DNA of 64,000 nucleotides from Eledone cirrhosa. Its lineage: Eukaryota. The translations under genes and the position numbers were made by a program. This document shows, piece after piece, positions 47,131 to 59,100 of the stretch (position 1 is its first letter; every line of letters begins with the position of its first letter). The notes beneath the pieces are model-generated. The model worked only from the letters and a program-made list of their open reading frames with translations, searched no databases and was not told where the DNA came from. The DNA lies in NCBI GenBank assembly GCA_964016885.1, contig OZ024744.1, forward strand, positions 133,858,001 through 133,922,000, given 5' to 3'.

Positions 47131-50100
47131 TTAAGTTGGGGTTAAGTTAAGTTGGGGTTAAGTTAAGTTGGGGTTAAGTTAAGTTGGGGTTAAGTTAAGT
47201 TGGTGTTAAGTTAAGTTGGGGCTAAGTTAAGTTGGGGCTGAGTTAAGTTGGGGCTGAGTTAAGTTGGGGTTAAGTTAAGTTGGGGTTGAGTTAAGTTGGG
47301 GTTAAGTTAAGTTGGGGTCAAGTTAAGTTGGGGTTAAGTTGGGGTTAAGTTAAGTTAGGTTTAAGTTAAGTTGGGGTTAAGTTAAGTTGGGGTTAAGTTA
47401 AGTTGGGGTTAAGTTAAGTTGGGGTTAAGTTAAGTTGGGGTTAAGTTAATTTGTGGTTAAGTTAAGTTGGGGTTAAGTTAAGTTGGGGTTAAGTTAAGTT
47501 GGGGTTAAGTTAAGTCGGGGTTAAGTTAAGTTGGGGTTAAGTTAAGTTGGGGTTAATTTAAGTTGGGGTTAAGTTAAGTTGGGGTTAAGTTAAGTTGGGG
47601 TTAAGTTAAGTTGGGGTTAAGTTAAGTTGGGGTTAAGTTAAGTTGAGGTTAAGTTAAGTTGGGGTTAAATTAAGTTGGGGTTAAGTTAAGTTGGGGTTAA
47701 GTTAAGTTGGGGTTAAGTTAAGTTAGGGATAAGTTAAGTTGGGGATAATTTAAGTTGGGGTTAAGTTAAGTTGGGTTTAAGTTAAGTTGGGGATAAGTTA
47801 AGTTGAGGATAAGTTAAGTTGGGGTTAAGTTAAGTTGGGGTTAAGTTAAGTTGGGGTTAAGTTAAGTTGGGGTTAAGTTAAGTTGGGGTTAAGTTAAGTT
47901 GGGGCTAAGTTAAGTTGGGACTGAGTTAAGTTGGGGTTAAGTTAAGTTGGGGTTAAGTTAAGTTGGGGTTAAGTTAAGTTGGAGTTTATTTAAGTTGGGG
48001 TTAAGTTAAGTTGGGGTTAAGTTAAGTTAGGGTTAAGTTAAGTCGGGGTTAAGTTAAGTCGGAGTTAAGTTAAGTTAGGGTTCAGTTAAGTTGGGGTTAA
48101 GTTAAGTTGGGGTTGAGTTAAGTTGGGGTTGAGTTAAATTGGGGTTGAGTTAAGTTGGGGTTGAGTTAAGTTGGTGTTGAGTTAAGTTGGGGTTAAGTTA
48201 AGTTGGGGTTAAGTTAATTTGTGGTTAAGTTAAGTTGGGGTTAAGTTAAGTTGGTGTTAAGTTGGGGTTAAGTTAAGTCGGGGTTAAGTTAAGTTGTGGT
48301 TGAGTTAAGTTGGGGTTAATTTAAGTTGGGGCTAAGTTAATTTGTGGTTAAGTTAAGTTGGGGTTAAGTTAAGTTGGGGTTAAGTTAAGTTGGGGTTGAG
48401 TTAAGTTGGGGTTGAGTTAATTTGGGGTTAAGTTAAGTTGGAGGTAAGTTAAGTTGGGGGCAAGTTAAGTTGGGGTTAATTTAAGTTGGGGTTAAATTAA
48501 GTTGGGGTTCCGTTAAGTTGGTGTTAAGTTAAGTTGGGGTTAATTTAAGTTGGGGTTAATTAAGTTGGGGTTAAGTTAAGTTGGGGTTAAGTTAAGTTGG
48601 GGTTAATTTAAGTTGGGGTTGAGTTAAGTTGGGGTTAAGTTAAGTTGGGGTTATATTAAGTTGGGACTAAGTTAAGTTGGGGTTCAGTTAAGTTGGGGAT
48701 AAGTTAAGTTGGGTTTAAGTTAAGTTGGGGTTAAATTAAGTTGGGGTTAAATTAAGTTGGGGTTAAGTTAAGTTGGGGGTAAGTTAAGTTGGGGGCAAGT
48801 TAAGTTGGGGTTAATTTAAGTTGGGGTTAAATTAAGTTGGGGTTACGTTAAGTTGGTGTTAAGTTAAGTTGGGGTTAATTTAAGTTGGGGTTAATTAAGT
48901 TGGGGTTAAGTTAAGTTGGGGTTAAGTTGGGGTTAAGTTAAGTTGGGGTTAAGTTAAGTTGGGGTTAAGTTAAGTTGAGGTTAAGTTAAGTTGGGGTTAA
49001 ATTAAGTTGGGGGTACGTTAAGTTGGGGTTAAGTTAAGTTGGGGTTAAGTTAAGTTGGGGTTAAGTTAAGTTGGGGTTAAGTTAAGTTGGGGTTAAGTTA
49101 AGTTGGTGTTAAGTTAAGTTGGGGCTAAGTTAAGTTGGGGCTGAGTTAAGTTGGGGCTGAGTTAAGTTGGGGTTAAGTTAAGTTGGGGTTGAGTTAAGTT
49201 GGGGTTAAGTTAAGTTGGAGTCAAGTTAAGTTGGGGTTAAGTTGGGGTTAAGTTAAGTTAGGTTTAAGTTAAGTTGGGGTTAAGTTAAGTTGGGGTTAAG
49301 TTAAGTTGGGGTTAAGTTAAGTTGGGGTTAAGTTAAGTTGGGGTTAAGTTAATTTGTGGTTAAGTTAAGTTGGGGTTAAGTTAAGTTGGGGTTAAGTTAA
49401 GTTGGGGTTAAGTTAAGTCGGGGTTAAGTTAAGTTGGGGTTAAGTTAAGTTGGGGTTAATTTAAGTTGTGGTTAAGTTAAGTTGGGGTTAAGTTAAGTTG
49501 GGGTTAAGTTAAGTTGGGGTTAAGTTAAGTTGGGGTTAAGTTAAGTTGAGGTTAAGTTAAGTTGGGGTTAAATTAAGTTGGGGTTAAGTTAAGTTGGGGT
49601 TAAGTTAAGTTGGGGTTAAGTTAAGTTAGGGATAAGTTAAGTTGGGGATAATTTAAGTTGGGGTTAAGTTAAGTTGGGTTTAAGTTAAGTTGGGGATAAG
49701 TTAAGTTGAGGATAAGTTAAGTTGGGGTTAAGTTAAGTTGGGGTTAAGTTAAGTTGGGGTTAAGTTAAGTTGGGGCTGAGTTAAGTTGGGGTTAAGTTAA
49801 GTTGGGGTTAAGTTGAGTTGGGGTTAATTGAAGTTGGGGTTTATTTAAGTTGGGGTTACGTTAAATTGGTGTTAAGTTAAGTTGGGGTTAATTTAAGTTG
49901 GGGTTAATTAAGTTGGGGTTAAGTTAAGTTGGGGTTAAGTTAAGTTGGGGTTAATTTAAGTTGGGGTTGAGTTAAGTTGGGGTTAAGTTAAGTTGGGGTT
50001 ATATTAAGTTGGGGTTAAGTTAAGTTGGGGTTCAGTTAAGTTGGGGATAAGTTAAGTTGGGGTTAAGTTAAGTTGGGGTTAAGTTAAGTTGGGGTTAAGT

Positions 50101-53100
50101 TAAGTTGGTGTTAAGTTAAGTTGGGGCTAATTTAAGTTGGGGCTGAGTTAAGTTGGGGCTGAGTTAAGTTGGGGTTAAGTTAAGTTGGGGTCAAGTTAAG
50201 TTGGGGTTAAGTTAATTTGTGGTTAAGTTAAGTTGGGGTTAAGTTAAGTTGGGGTTAAGTTAAGTTGGGGTTAAGTTAAGTCGGGGTTAAGTTAAGTTGG
50301 GTTAAGTTAAGTTGGGGTTAAGTTAAGTTGGGGTTAAGTTAATTTGTGGTTAAGTTAAGTTGGGGTTAAGTTAAGTTGGGGTTAAGTTAAGTTGGGGTTA
50401 AGTTAAGTCGGGGTTAAGTTAAGTTGGGGTTAAGTTAAGTTGGGGTTAATTTAAGTTGGGGTTAAGTTAAGTTGGGGTTAAGTTAAGTTGGGGTTAAGTT
50501 AAGATGGGGTTAAGTTAAGTTGGGGCTAAGTTAAGTTGAGGTTAAGTTAAGTTGGGGTTAAATTAAGTTGGGGTTAAGTTAAGTTGGGGTTAAGTTAAGT
50601 TGGGGCTAAGTTAAGTTGGGGCTGAGTTAAGTTGGGGTTAAGTTAAGTTGGGGTTAAGTTAAGTTGGGGTTAAGTTAAGTTGGGGTTTATTTAAGTTGGG
50701 GTTAAATTAAGTTGGGGTTCAGTTAAGTTGGGGTTAAGATAAGTTGGGGTTAAGATGGGGTTAAATTAAGTTGGGGTTAAGTTAAGTTGGGGTTAAGTTA
50801 AGTTGGGGTTAAGTTAAGTTGGGGTTAAGTTAAGTCGGGGTTAAGTTAAGTCGGGGTTAAGTTAAGTTAGGGTTCAGTTAAGTTGGGGTTAAGTTAAGTT
50901 GGGGTTGAGTTAAGTTGGGGTTGAGTTTAATTGGGGTTGAGTTAAGTTGGGGTTGAGTTAAGTTGGTTTTGAGTTAAGTTGGGGTTAAGTTAAGTTGGGG
51001 TTAAGTTAAGGTGCGGTTAAGTTAAGTTGGGGTTAAGTTAAGTTGGGGCTAAGTTAAGTTGGGGCTAAGTTAAGTTGGGGCTAAGTTAAGTTGGGGTTAA
51101 GTTAAGTTGGGGTTAAGTTAAGTCGGGGTTAAGTTAAGTTGGGGTTAAGTTAAGTTGAGGTTAATTTAATTTGGGGTTAAGTTGGGGTTAAGTTAAGTTG
51201 GGGTTAAGTTAAGTTGGGGTTAAGTTAAGTTGGGTTTAAGTTAAGTTGGGGTTAAGTTAAGTTGGGGTCAAGTTAAGTTGGGGTTAAGTTAAGTTGGGGT
51301 TGAGTTAAGTTGGGGTTGAGTTAAATTGGCGTTGAGTTAAGTTGGGGTTGAGTTAAGTTGGTGTTGAGTTAAGTTGGGGTTAAGTTAAGTTGGGGTTAAG
51401 TTAAGTTGCAGTTAAGTTAAGTTGAGGTTAAGTTAAGGTGGGGTTAAGTTAAGTCGGGTTAAGTTAAGTTGTGGTTGAGTTAAGTTGGGGTTAATTTAAG
51501 TTGGGGCTAAGTTAATTTGTGGTTAAGTTAAGTTGGGGTTAAGTTAAGTTGGGGTTAAGTTAAGTTGGGTTTGAGTTAAGTTGGGGTTGAGTTAATTTGG
51601 GGTTAAGTTAAGTTGGGGTTAAGTTAAGTTGGGTTTAAGTTAAGTTGGGGTTAAATTAAGTTGGAGTTAAATTAAGTTGGGGTTAAGTTAAGTTGGGGGT
51701 AAGTTAAGTTAGGGGCAAGTTAAGTTGGGGTTAATTTAAGTTGGGGTTAAATTAAGTTGGGGTTACGTTAAGTTGGTGTTAAGTTAAGTTGGGGTTAATT
51801 TAAGTTGGGGTTAATTAAGTTGGGGTTAAGTTAAGTTGGGGTTAAGTTAAGTTGGGGTTAAGTTAAGTTGGGGTTAAGTTAAGTTGAGGTTAAGTTAAGT
51901 TGGGGTTAAATTAAGTTGGGGGTACGTTAAGTTGGGGTTAAGTTAAGTTGGGGTTAAGTTAAGTTGGGGTTAAGTTAAGTTGGGGTTAAGTTAAGTTGGG
52001 GTTAAGTTAAGTTGGTGTTAAGTTAAGTTGGGGCTAAGTTAAGTTGGGGCTGAGTTAAGTTGGGGCTGAGTTAAGTTGGGGTTGAGTTAATTTGGGGTTA
52101 AGTTAAGTTGGGGTTAAATTAAGTTGGGGTTAAATTAAGTTGGGGTTAAGTTACGTTGGGGGTAAGTTAATTTGGGGGCAAGTTAAGTTGGGGTTAATTT
52201 AAGTTGGGGTTAAATTAAGTTGGGGTTACGTTAAGTTGGTGTTAAGTTAAGTTGGGGTTAATTTAAGTTGGGGTTAATTAAGTTGGGGTTAAGTTAAGTT
52301 GGGGTTAAGTTAAGTTGGGGTTAATTTAAGTTGGGGTTGAGTTAAGTTGGGGTTAAGTTAAGTTGGGGTTATATTAAGTTGGGGTTAAGTTAAGTTGGGG
52401 TTAAGTTAAGTTGGGGTTAAGTTAAGGTGGGGTTAAGTTAAGTTGGTGTTAAGTTAAGTTGGGGCTAAGTTAAGTTGGGGCTGAGTTAAGTTGGGGCTGA
52501 GTTAAGTTGGGGTTAAGTTAAGTTGGGGTTGAGTTAAGTTGGGGTTAAGTTAAGTTGGGGTCAAGTTAAGTTGGGGTTAAGTTGGGGTTAAGTTAAGTTG
52601 GGGTTAAGTTAAGTTGGGGTTAAGTTAAGTCGGGGTTAAGTTAAGTTGGGGTTAAGTTAAGTTGGGGTTAATTTAAGTTGGGGTTAAGTTAAGTTGGGGT
52701 TAAATTAAGTTGGGGTTAAGTTAAGATGGGGTTAAGTTAAGTTGGGGTTAAGTTAAGTTGAGGTTAAGTTAAGTTGGGGTTAAATTAAGTTGGGGTTAAG
52801 TTAAGTTGGGGTTAAGTTAAGTTGGGGTTAAGTTAAGTTGGGGATAAGTTAAGTTGGGGATAATTTAAGTTGGGGTTAAGTTAAGTTGGGTTTAAGTTAA
52901 GTTGGGGCTAAGTTAAGTTGGGGTTAAGTTAAGTTGGGGTTAAGTTAAGTTGGGGTTAAGTTAAGTTGGGGTTAAGTTAAGTTGGGGCTAAGTTAAGTTG
53001 GGGCTGAGTTAAGTTGGGGTTAAGTTAAGTTGGGGTTAAGTTAAGTTGGGGTTAAGTTAAGTTGGGGTTTATTTAAGTTGGGGTTAAGTTAAGTTGGGGT

Positions 53101-56100
53101 TCAGTTAAGTTGGGGTTAAGTTAAGTTGGGGTTAAGATGGGGTTAAATTAAGTTGGGGTTAAGTTAAGTTGGGGTTAAGTTAAGTTGGGGTTAAGTTAAG
53201 TTGGGGTTAAGTTAAGTCGGGGTTAAGTTAAGTCGGGGTTAAGTTAAGTTAGGGTTCAATTAAGTTGGGGTTAAGTTAAGTTGGGGTTGAGTTAAGTTGG
53301 GGTTGAGTTAAATTGGGGTTGAGTTAAGTTGGGGTTAATTTAAGTTGGTGTTGAGTTAAGTTGGGGTTAAGTTAAGTTGGGGTTAAGTTAAGTTGGGGTT
53401 AATTTAAGTTGCGGTTCAGTTAAGTTGGGGTTCAGTTAAGTTGGGGATAAGTTAAGTTGGGGTTAAGTTAAGTTGGGGTTAAGTTAAGTTGGGGTTAAGT
53501 TAAGTTGGTGTTAAGTTAAGTTGGGGCTAAGTTAAGTTGGGGCTGAGTTAAGTTGGGGCTGAGTTAAGTTGGGGTTAAGTTAAGTTGGGGTTGAGTTAAG
53601 TTGGGGTTAAGTTAAGTTGGGGTCAAGTTAAGTTGGGGTTAAGTTGGGGTTAAGTTAAGTTAGGTTTAAGTTAAGTTGGGGTTAAGTTAAGTTGGGGTTA
53701 CGTTAAGTTGGTGTTAAGTTAAGTTGGGGTTAATTTAAGTTGGGGTTAATTAAGTTGGGGTTAAGTTAAGTTGGGGTTAAGTTAAGTTGGGGTTAATTTA
53801 AGTTGGGGTTGAGTTAAGTTGGGGTTAAGTTAAGTTGGGGTTATATTAAGTTGGGGTTAAGTTAAGTTGGGGTTCAGTTAAGTTGGGGATAAGTTAAGTT
53901 GGGGTTAAGTTAAGTTGGGGTTAAGTTAAGTTTGGGTTAAGTTAAGTTGGTGTTAAGTTAAGTTGGGGCTAAGTTAAGTTGGGGCTGAGTTAAGTTGGGG
54001 CTGAGTTAAGTTGGGGTTAAGTTAAGTTGGGGTCAAGTTAAGCTGGGGTTAAGTTGGGGTTAAGTTAAGTTAGGTTTAAGTTAAGTTGGGGTTAAGTTAA
54101 GTTGGGGTTAAGTTAAGTTGGGGTTAAGTTAAGTTGGGGTTGAGTTAAGTTGGGGTTAAGTTAAGTTGGGGTCAAGTTAAGCTGGGGTTAAGTTGGGGTT
54201 AAGTTAAGTTAGGTTTAAGTTAAGTTGGGGTTAAGTTAAGTTGGGGTTAAGTTAAGTTGGGGTTAAGTTAAGTTGGGGTTAAGTTAATTTGTGGTTAAGT
54301 TAAGTTGGGGTTAAGTTAAGTTGGGGTTAAGTTAAGTTGGGGTTAAATTAAGTTGGGGTTAAGTTAAGTTGGGGTTAAGTTAAGTTGGGGTTAAGTTAAG
54401 TTGGGGATAAGTTAAGTTGGGGATAATTTAAGTTGGGGTTAATTTAAGTTGGGTTTAAGTTAAGTTGGGGTTAAGTTAAGTTGGGGATAAGTTAAGTTGG
54501 GGTTAAGTTAAGTTGGGGTTAAGTTAAGTTGGGGTTAAGTTAAGTTGGGGCTAAGTTAAGTTGGGGCTGAGTTAAGTTGGGGTTAAGTTAAGTTGGGGTT
54601 AATTTAAGTTGTGGCTAAGTTAAGTTGGGGCTGAGTTAAGTTGGGGCTGAGTTAAGTTGGGGTTAAGTTAAGTTGGGGTTGAATTAAGTTGGGGTTAAGT
54701 TAAGTTGGGGTCAAGTTAAGTTGGGGTTAAGTTGGGGTTAAGTTAGGTTAGGTTTAAGTTAAGTTGGGGTTAAGTTAAGTTGGGGTTAAGTTAAGTTGGG
54801 GTTAAGTTAAGTTGGGGTTAAATTAAGTTGGGGTTAAGTTAAGTTGGGGTTAAGTTAAGTTGGGGTTAAGTTAAGTTGGGGATAAGTTAAGTTGGGGATA
54901 ATTTAAGTTGGGGTTAAGTTAAGTTGGGTTTAAGTTAAGTTGGGGTTAAGTTAAGTTGGGGATAAGTTAAGTTGGGGTTAAGTTAAGTTGGGGTTAAGTT
55001 AAGTTGGGGCTAAGTTAAGTTGGGGCTGAGTTAAGTTGGGGTTAAGTTAAGTTGGGGTTAATTTAAGTTGGGGTTTATTTAAGTTGGGGTTACGTTAACT
55101 TGGTGTTAAGTTAAGTTGGGGTTAATTTAAGTTGGGGTTAAGTTAAGTTGGGGTTAAGTTAAGTTGGTGTTACGTTAAGTTGTGGCTAAGTTAAGTTGGG
55201 GCTGAGTTAAGTTGGGGCTGAGTTAAGTTGGGGTTAAGTTAAGTTGGGGTTGAGTTAAGTTGGGGTTAAGTTAAGTTGGGGTCAAGTTAAGTTGGGGTTA
55301 AGTTGGGGTTAAGTTAGGTTAGGTTTAAGTTAAGTTGGGGTTAAGTTAAGTTGGGGTTAAGTTAATTTGTGGTTAAGTTAAGTTGGGGTTAAGTTAAGTT
55401 GGGGTTAAGTTTAGTCGGGGTTAAGTTAAGTTGGGGTTAAGTTAAGTTGGGGTTAATTTAAGTTGGGGTTAAGTTAAGTTGGGGTTAAGTTAAGTTGGGG
55501 TTAAGTTAAGATGGGGTTAAGTTAAGTTGGGGTTAAGTTAAGTTGAGGTTAAGTTAAGTTGGGGTCAAGTTAAGTTGGGGTTAAGTTGGGGTTAAGTTAA
55601 GTTAGGTTTAAGTTAAGTTGGGGTTAAGTTAAGTTGGGGTTACGTTAAGTTGGTGTTAAGTTAAGTTGGGGTTAATTTAAGTTGGGGTTAATTAAGTTGG
55701 GGTTAAGTTAAGTTGGGGTTAAGTTAAGTTGGGGTTAAGTTAAGTTGGGGTTAAGTTAAGTTGGTGTTAAGTTAAGTTGGGGCTAAGTTAAGTTGGGGCT
55801 GAGTTAAGTTGGGGCTGAGTTAAGTTGGGGTTAAGTTAAGTTGGGGTTGAGTTAAGTTGGGGTTAAGTTAAGTTGGGGTCAAGTTAAGTTGGGGTTAAGT
55901 TGGGGTTAAGTTAAGTTAGGTTTAAGTTAAGTTGGGGTTAAGTTAAGTTGGGGTTAAGTTAAGTTGGGGTTAAGTTAAGTTGGGGTTAAGTTAAGTTGGG
56001 GTTAAGTTAATTTGTGGTTAAGTTAAGTTGGGGTTAAGTTAAGTTGGGGTTAAGTTAAGTTGGGGTTAAGTTAAGTCGGGGTTAAGTTAAGTTGGGGTTA

Positions 56101-59100
56101 AGTTAAGTTGGGGTTAATTTAAGTTGGGGTTAAGTTAAGTTGGGGTTAAGTTAAGTTGGGGTTAAGTTAAGTTGGGGTTAAGTTAAGTTGGGGTTAAGTT
56201 AAGTTGAGGTTAAGTTAAGTTGGGGTTAAATTAAGTTGGGGTTAAGTTAAGTTGGGGTTAAGTTAAGTTGGGGTTAAGTTAAGTTAGGGATAAGTTAAGT
56301 TGGGGATAATTTAAGTTGGGGTTAAGTTAAGTTGGGTTTAAGTTAAGTTGGGGATAAGTTAAGTTGAGGATAAGTTAAGTTGGGGTTAAGTTAAGTTGGG
56401 GTTAAGTTAAGTTGGGGTTAAGTTAAGTTGGGGTTAAGTTAAGTTGGGGTTAAGTTAAGTTGGGGCTAAGTTAAGTTGGGACTGAGTTAAGTTGGGGTTA
56501 AGTTAAGTTGGGGTTAAGTTAAGTTGGGGTTAAGTTAAGTTGGAGTTTATTTAAGTTGGGGTTAAGTTAAGTTGGGGTTAAGTTAAGTTAGGGTTAAGTT
56601 AAGTCGGGGTTAAGTTAAGTCGGAGTTAAGTTAAGTTAGGGTTCAGTTAAGTTGGGGTTAAGTTAAGTTGGGGTTGAGTTAAGTTGGGGTTGAGTTAAAT
56701 TGGGGTTGAGTTAAGTTGGGGTTGAGTTAAGTTGGTGTTGAGTTAAGTTGGGGTTAAGTTAAGTTGGGGTTAAGTTAATTTGTGGTTAAGTTAAGTTGGG
56801 GTTAAGTTAAGTTGGTGTTAAGTTGGGGTTAAGTTAAGTCGGGGTTAAGTTAAGTTGTGGTTGAGTTAAGTTGGGGTTAATTTAAGTTGGGGCTAAGTTA
56901 ATTTGTGGTTAAGTTAAGTTGGGGTTAAGTTAAGTTGGGGTTAAGTTAAGTTGGGGTTGAGTTAAGTTGGGGTTGAGTTAATTTGGGGTTAAGTTAAGTT
57001 GGAGGTAAGTTAAGTTGGGGGCAAGTTAAGTTGGGGTTAATTTAAGTTGGGGTTAAATTAAGTTGGGGTTCCGTTAAGTTGGTGTTAAGTTAAGTTGGGG
57101 TTAATTTAAGTTGGGGTTAATTAAGTTGGGGTTAAGTTAAGTTGGGGTTAAGTTAAGTTGGGGTTAATTTAAGTTGGGGTTGAGTTAAGTTGGGGTTAAG
57201 TTAAGTTGGGGTTATATTAAGTTGGGACTAAGTTAAGTTGGGGTTCAGTTAAGTTGGGGATAAGTTAAGTTGGGTTTAAGTTAAGTTGGGGTTAAATTAA
57301 GTTGGGGTTAAATTAAGTTGGGGTTAAGTTAAGTTGGGGGTAAGTTAAGTTGGGGGCAAGTTAAGTTGGGGTTAATTTAAGTTGGGGTTAAATTAAGTTG
57401 GGGTTACGTTAAGTTGGTGTTAAGTTAAGTTGGGGTTAATTTAAGTTGGGGTTAATTAAGTTGGGGTTAAGTTAAGTTGGGGTTAAGTTGGGGTTAAGTT
57501 AAGTTGGGGTTAAGTTAAGTTGGGGTTAAGTTAAGTTGAGGTTAAGTTAAGTTGGGGTTAAATTAAGTTGGGGGTACGTTAAGTTGGGGTTAAGTTAAGT
57601 TGGGGTTAAGTTAAGTTGGGGTTAAGTTAAGTTGGGGTTAAGTTAAGTTGGGGTTAAGTTAAGTTGGTGTTAAGTTAAGTTGGGGCTAAGTTAAGTTGGG
57701 GCTGAGTTAAGTTGGGGCTGAGTTAAGTTGGGGTTAAGTTAAGTTGGGGTTGAGTTAAGTTGGGGTTAAGTTAAGTTGGAGTCAAGTTAAGTTGGGGTTA
57801 AGTTGGGGTTAAGTTAAGTTAGGTTTAAGTTAAGTTGGGGTTAAGTTAAGTTGGGGTTAAGTTAAGTTGGGGTTAAGTTAAGTTGGGGTTAAGTTAAGTT
57901 GGGGTTAAGTTAATTTGTGGTTAAGTTAAGTTGGGGTTAAGTTAAGTTGGGGTTAAGTTAAGTTGGGGTTAAGTTAAGTCGGGGTTAAGTTAAGTTGGGG
58001 TTAAGTTAAGTTGGGGTTAATTTAAGTTGTGGTTAAGTTAAGTTGGGGTTAAGTTAAGTTGGGGTTAAGTTAAGTTGGGGTTAAGTTAAGTTGGGGTTAA
58101 GTTAAGTTGAGGTTAAGTTAAGTTGGGGTTAAATTAAGTTGGGGTTAAGTTAAGTTGGGGTTAAGTTAAGTTGGGGTTAAGTTAAGTTAGGGATAAGTTA
58201 AGTTGGGGATAATTTAAGTTGGGGTTAAGTTAAGTTGGGTTTAAGTTAAGTTGGGGATAAGTTCAGTTGAGGATAAGTTAAGTTGGGGTTAAGTTAAGTT
58301 GGGGTTAAGTTAAGTTGGGGTTAAGTTAAGTTGGGGCTGAGTTAAGTTGGGGTTAAGTTAAGTTGGGGTTAAGTTGAGTTGGGGTTAATTGAAGTTGGGG
58401 TTTATTTAAGTTGGGGTTACGTTAAATTGGTGTTAAGTTAAGTTGGGGTTAATTTAAGTTGGGGTTAATTAAGTTGGGGTTAAGTTAAGTTGGGGTTAAG
58501 TTAAGTTGGGGTTAATTTAAGTTGGGGTTGAGTTAAGTTGGGGTTAAGTTAAGTTGGGGTTATATTAAGTTGGGGTTAAGTTAAGTTGGGGTTCAGTTAA
58601 GTTGGGGATAAGTTAAGTTGGGGTTAAGTTAAGTTGGGGTTAAGTTAAGTTGGGGTTAAGTTAAGTTGGTGTTAAGTTAAGTTGGGGCTAATTTAAGTTG
58701 GGGCTGAGTTAAGTTGGGGCTGAGTTAAGTTGGGGTTAAGTTAAGTTGGGGTCAAGTTAAGTTGGGGTTAAGTTAATTTGTGGTTAAGTTAAGTTGGGGT
58801 TAAGTTAAGTTGGGGTTAAGTTAAGTTGGGGTTAAGTTAAGTCGGGGTTAAGTTAAGTTGGGTTAAGTTAAGTTGGGGTTAAGTTAAGTTGGGGTTAAGT
58901 TAATTTGTGGTTAAGTTAAGTTGGGGTTAAGTTAAGTTGGGGTTAAGTTAAGTTGGGGTTAAGTTAAGTCGGGGTTAAGTTAAGTTGGGGTTAAGTTAAG
59001 TTGGGGTTAATTTAAGTTGGGGTTAAGTTAAGTTGGGGTTAAGTTAAGTTGGGGTTAAGTTAAGATGGGGTTAAGTTAAGTTGGGGCTAAGTTAAGTTGA

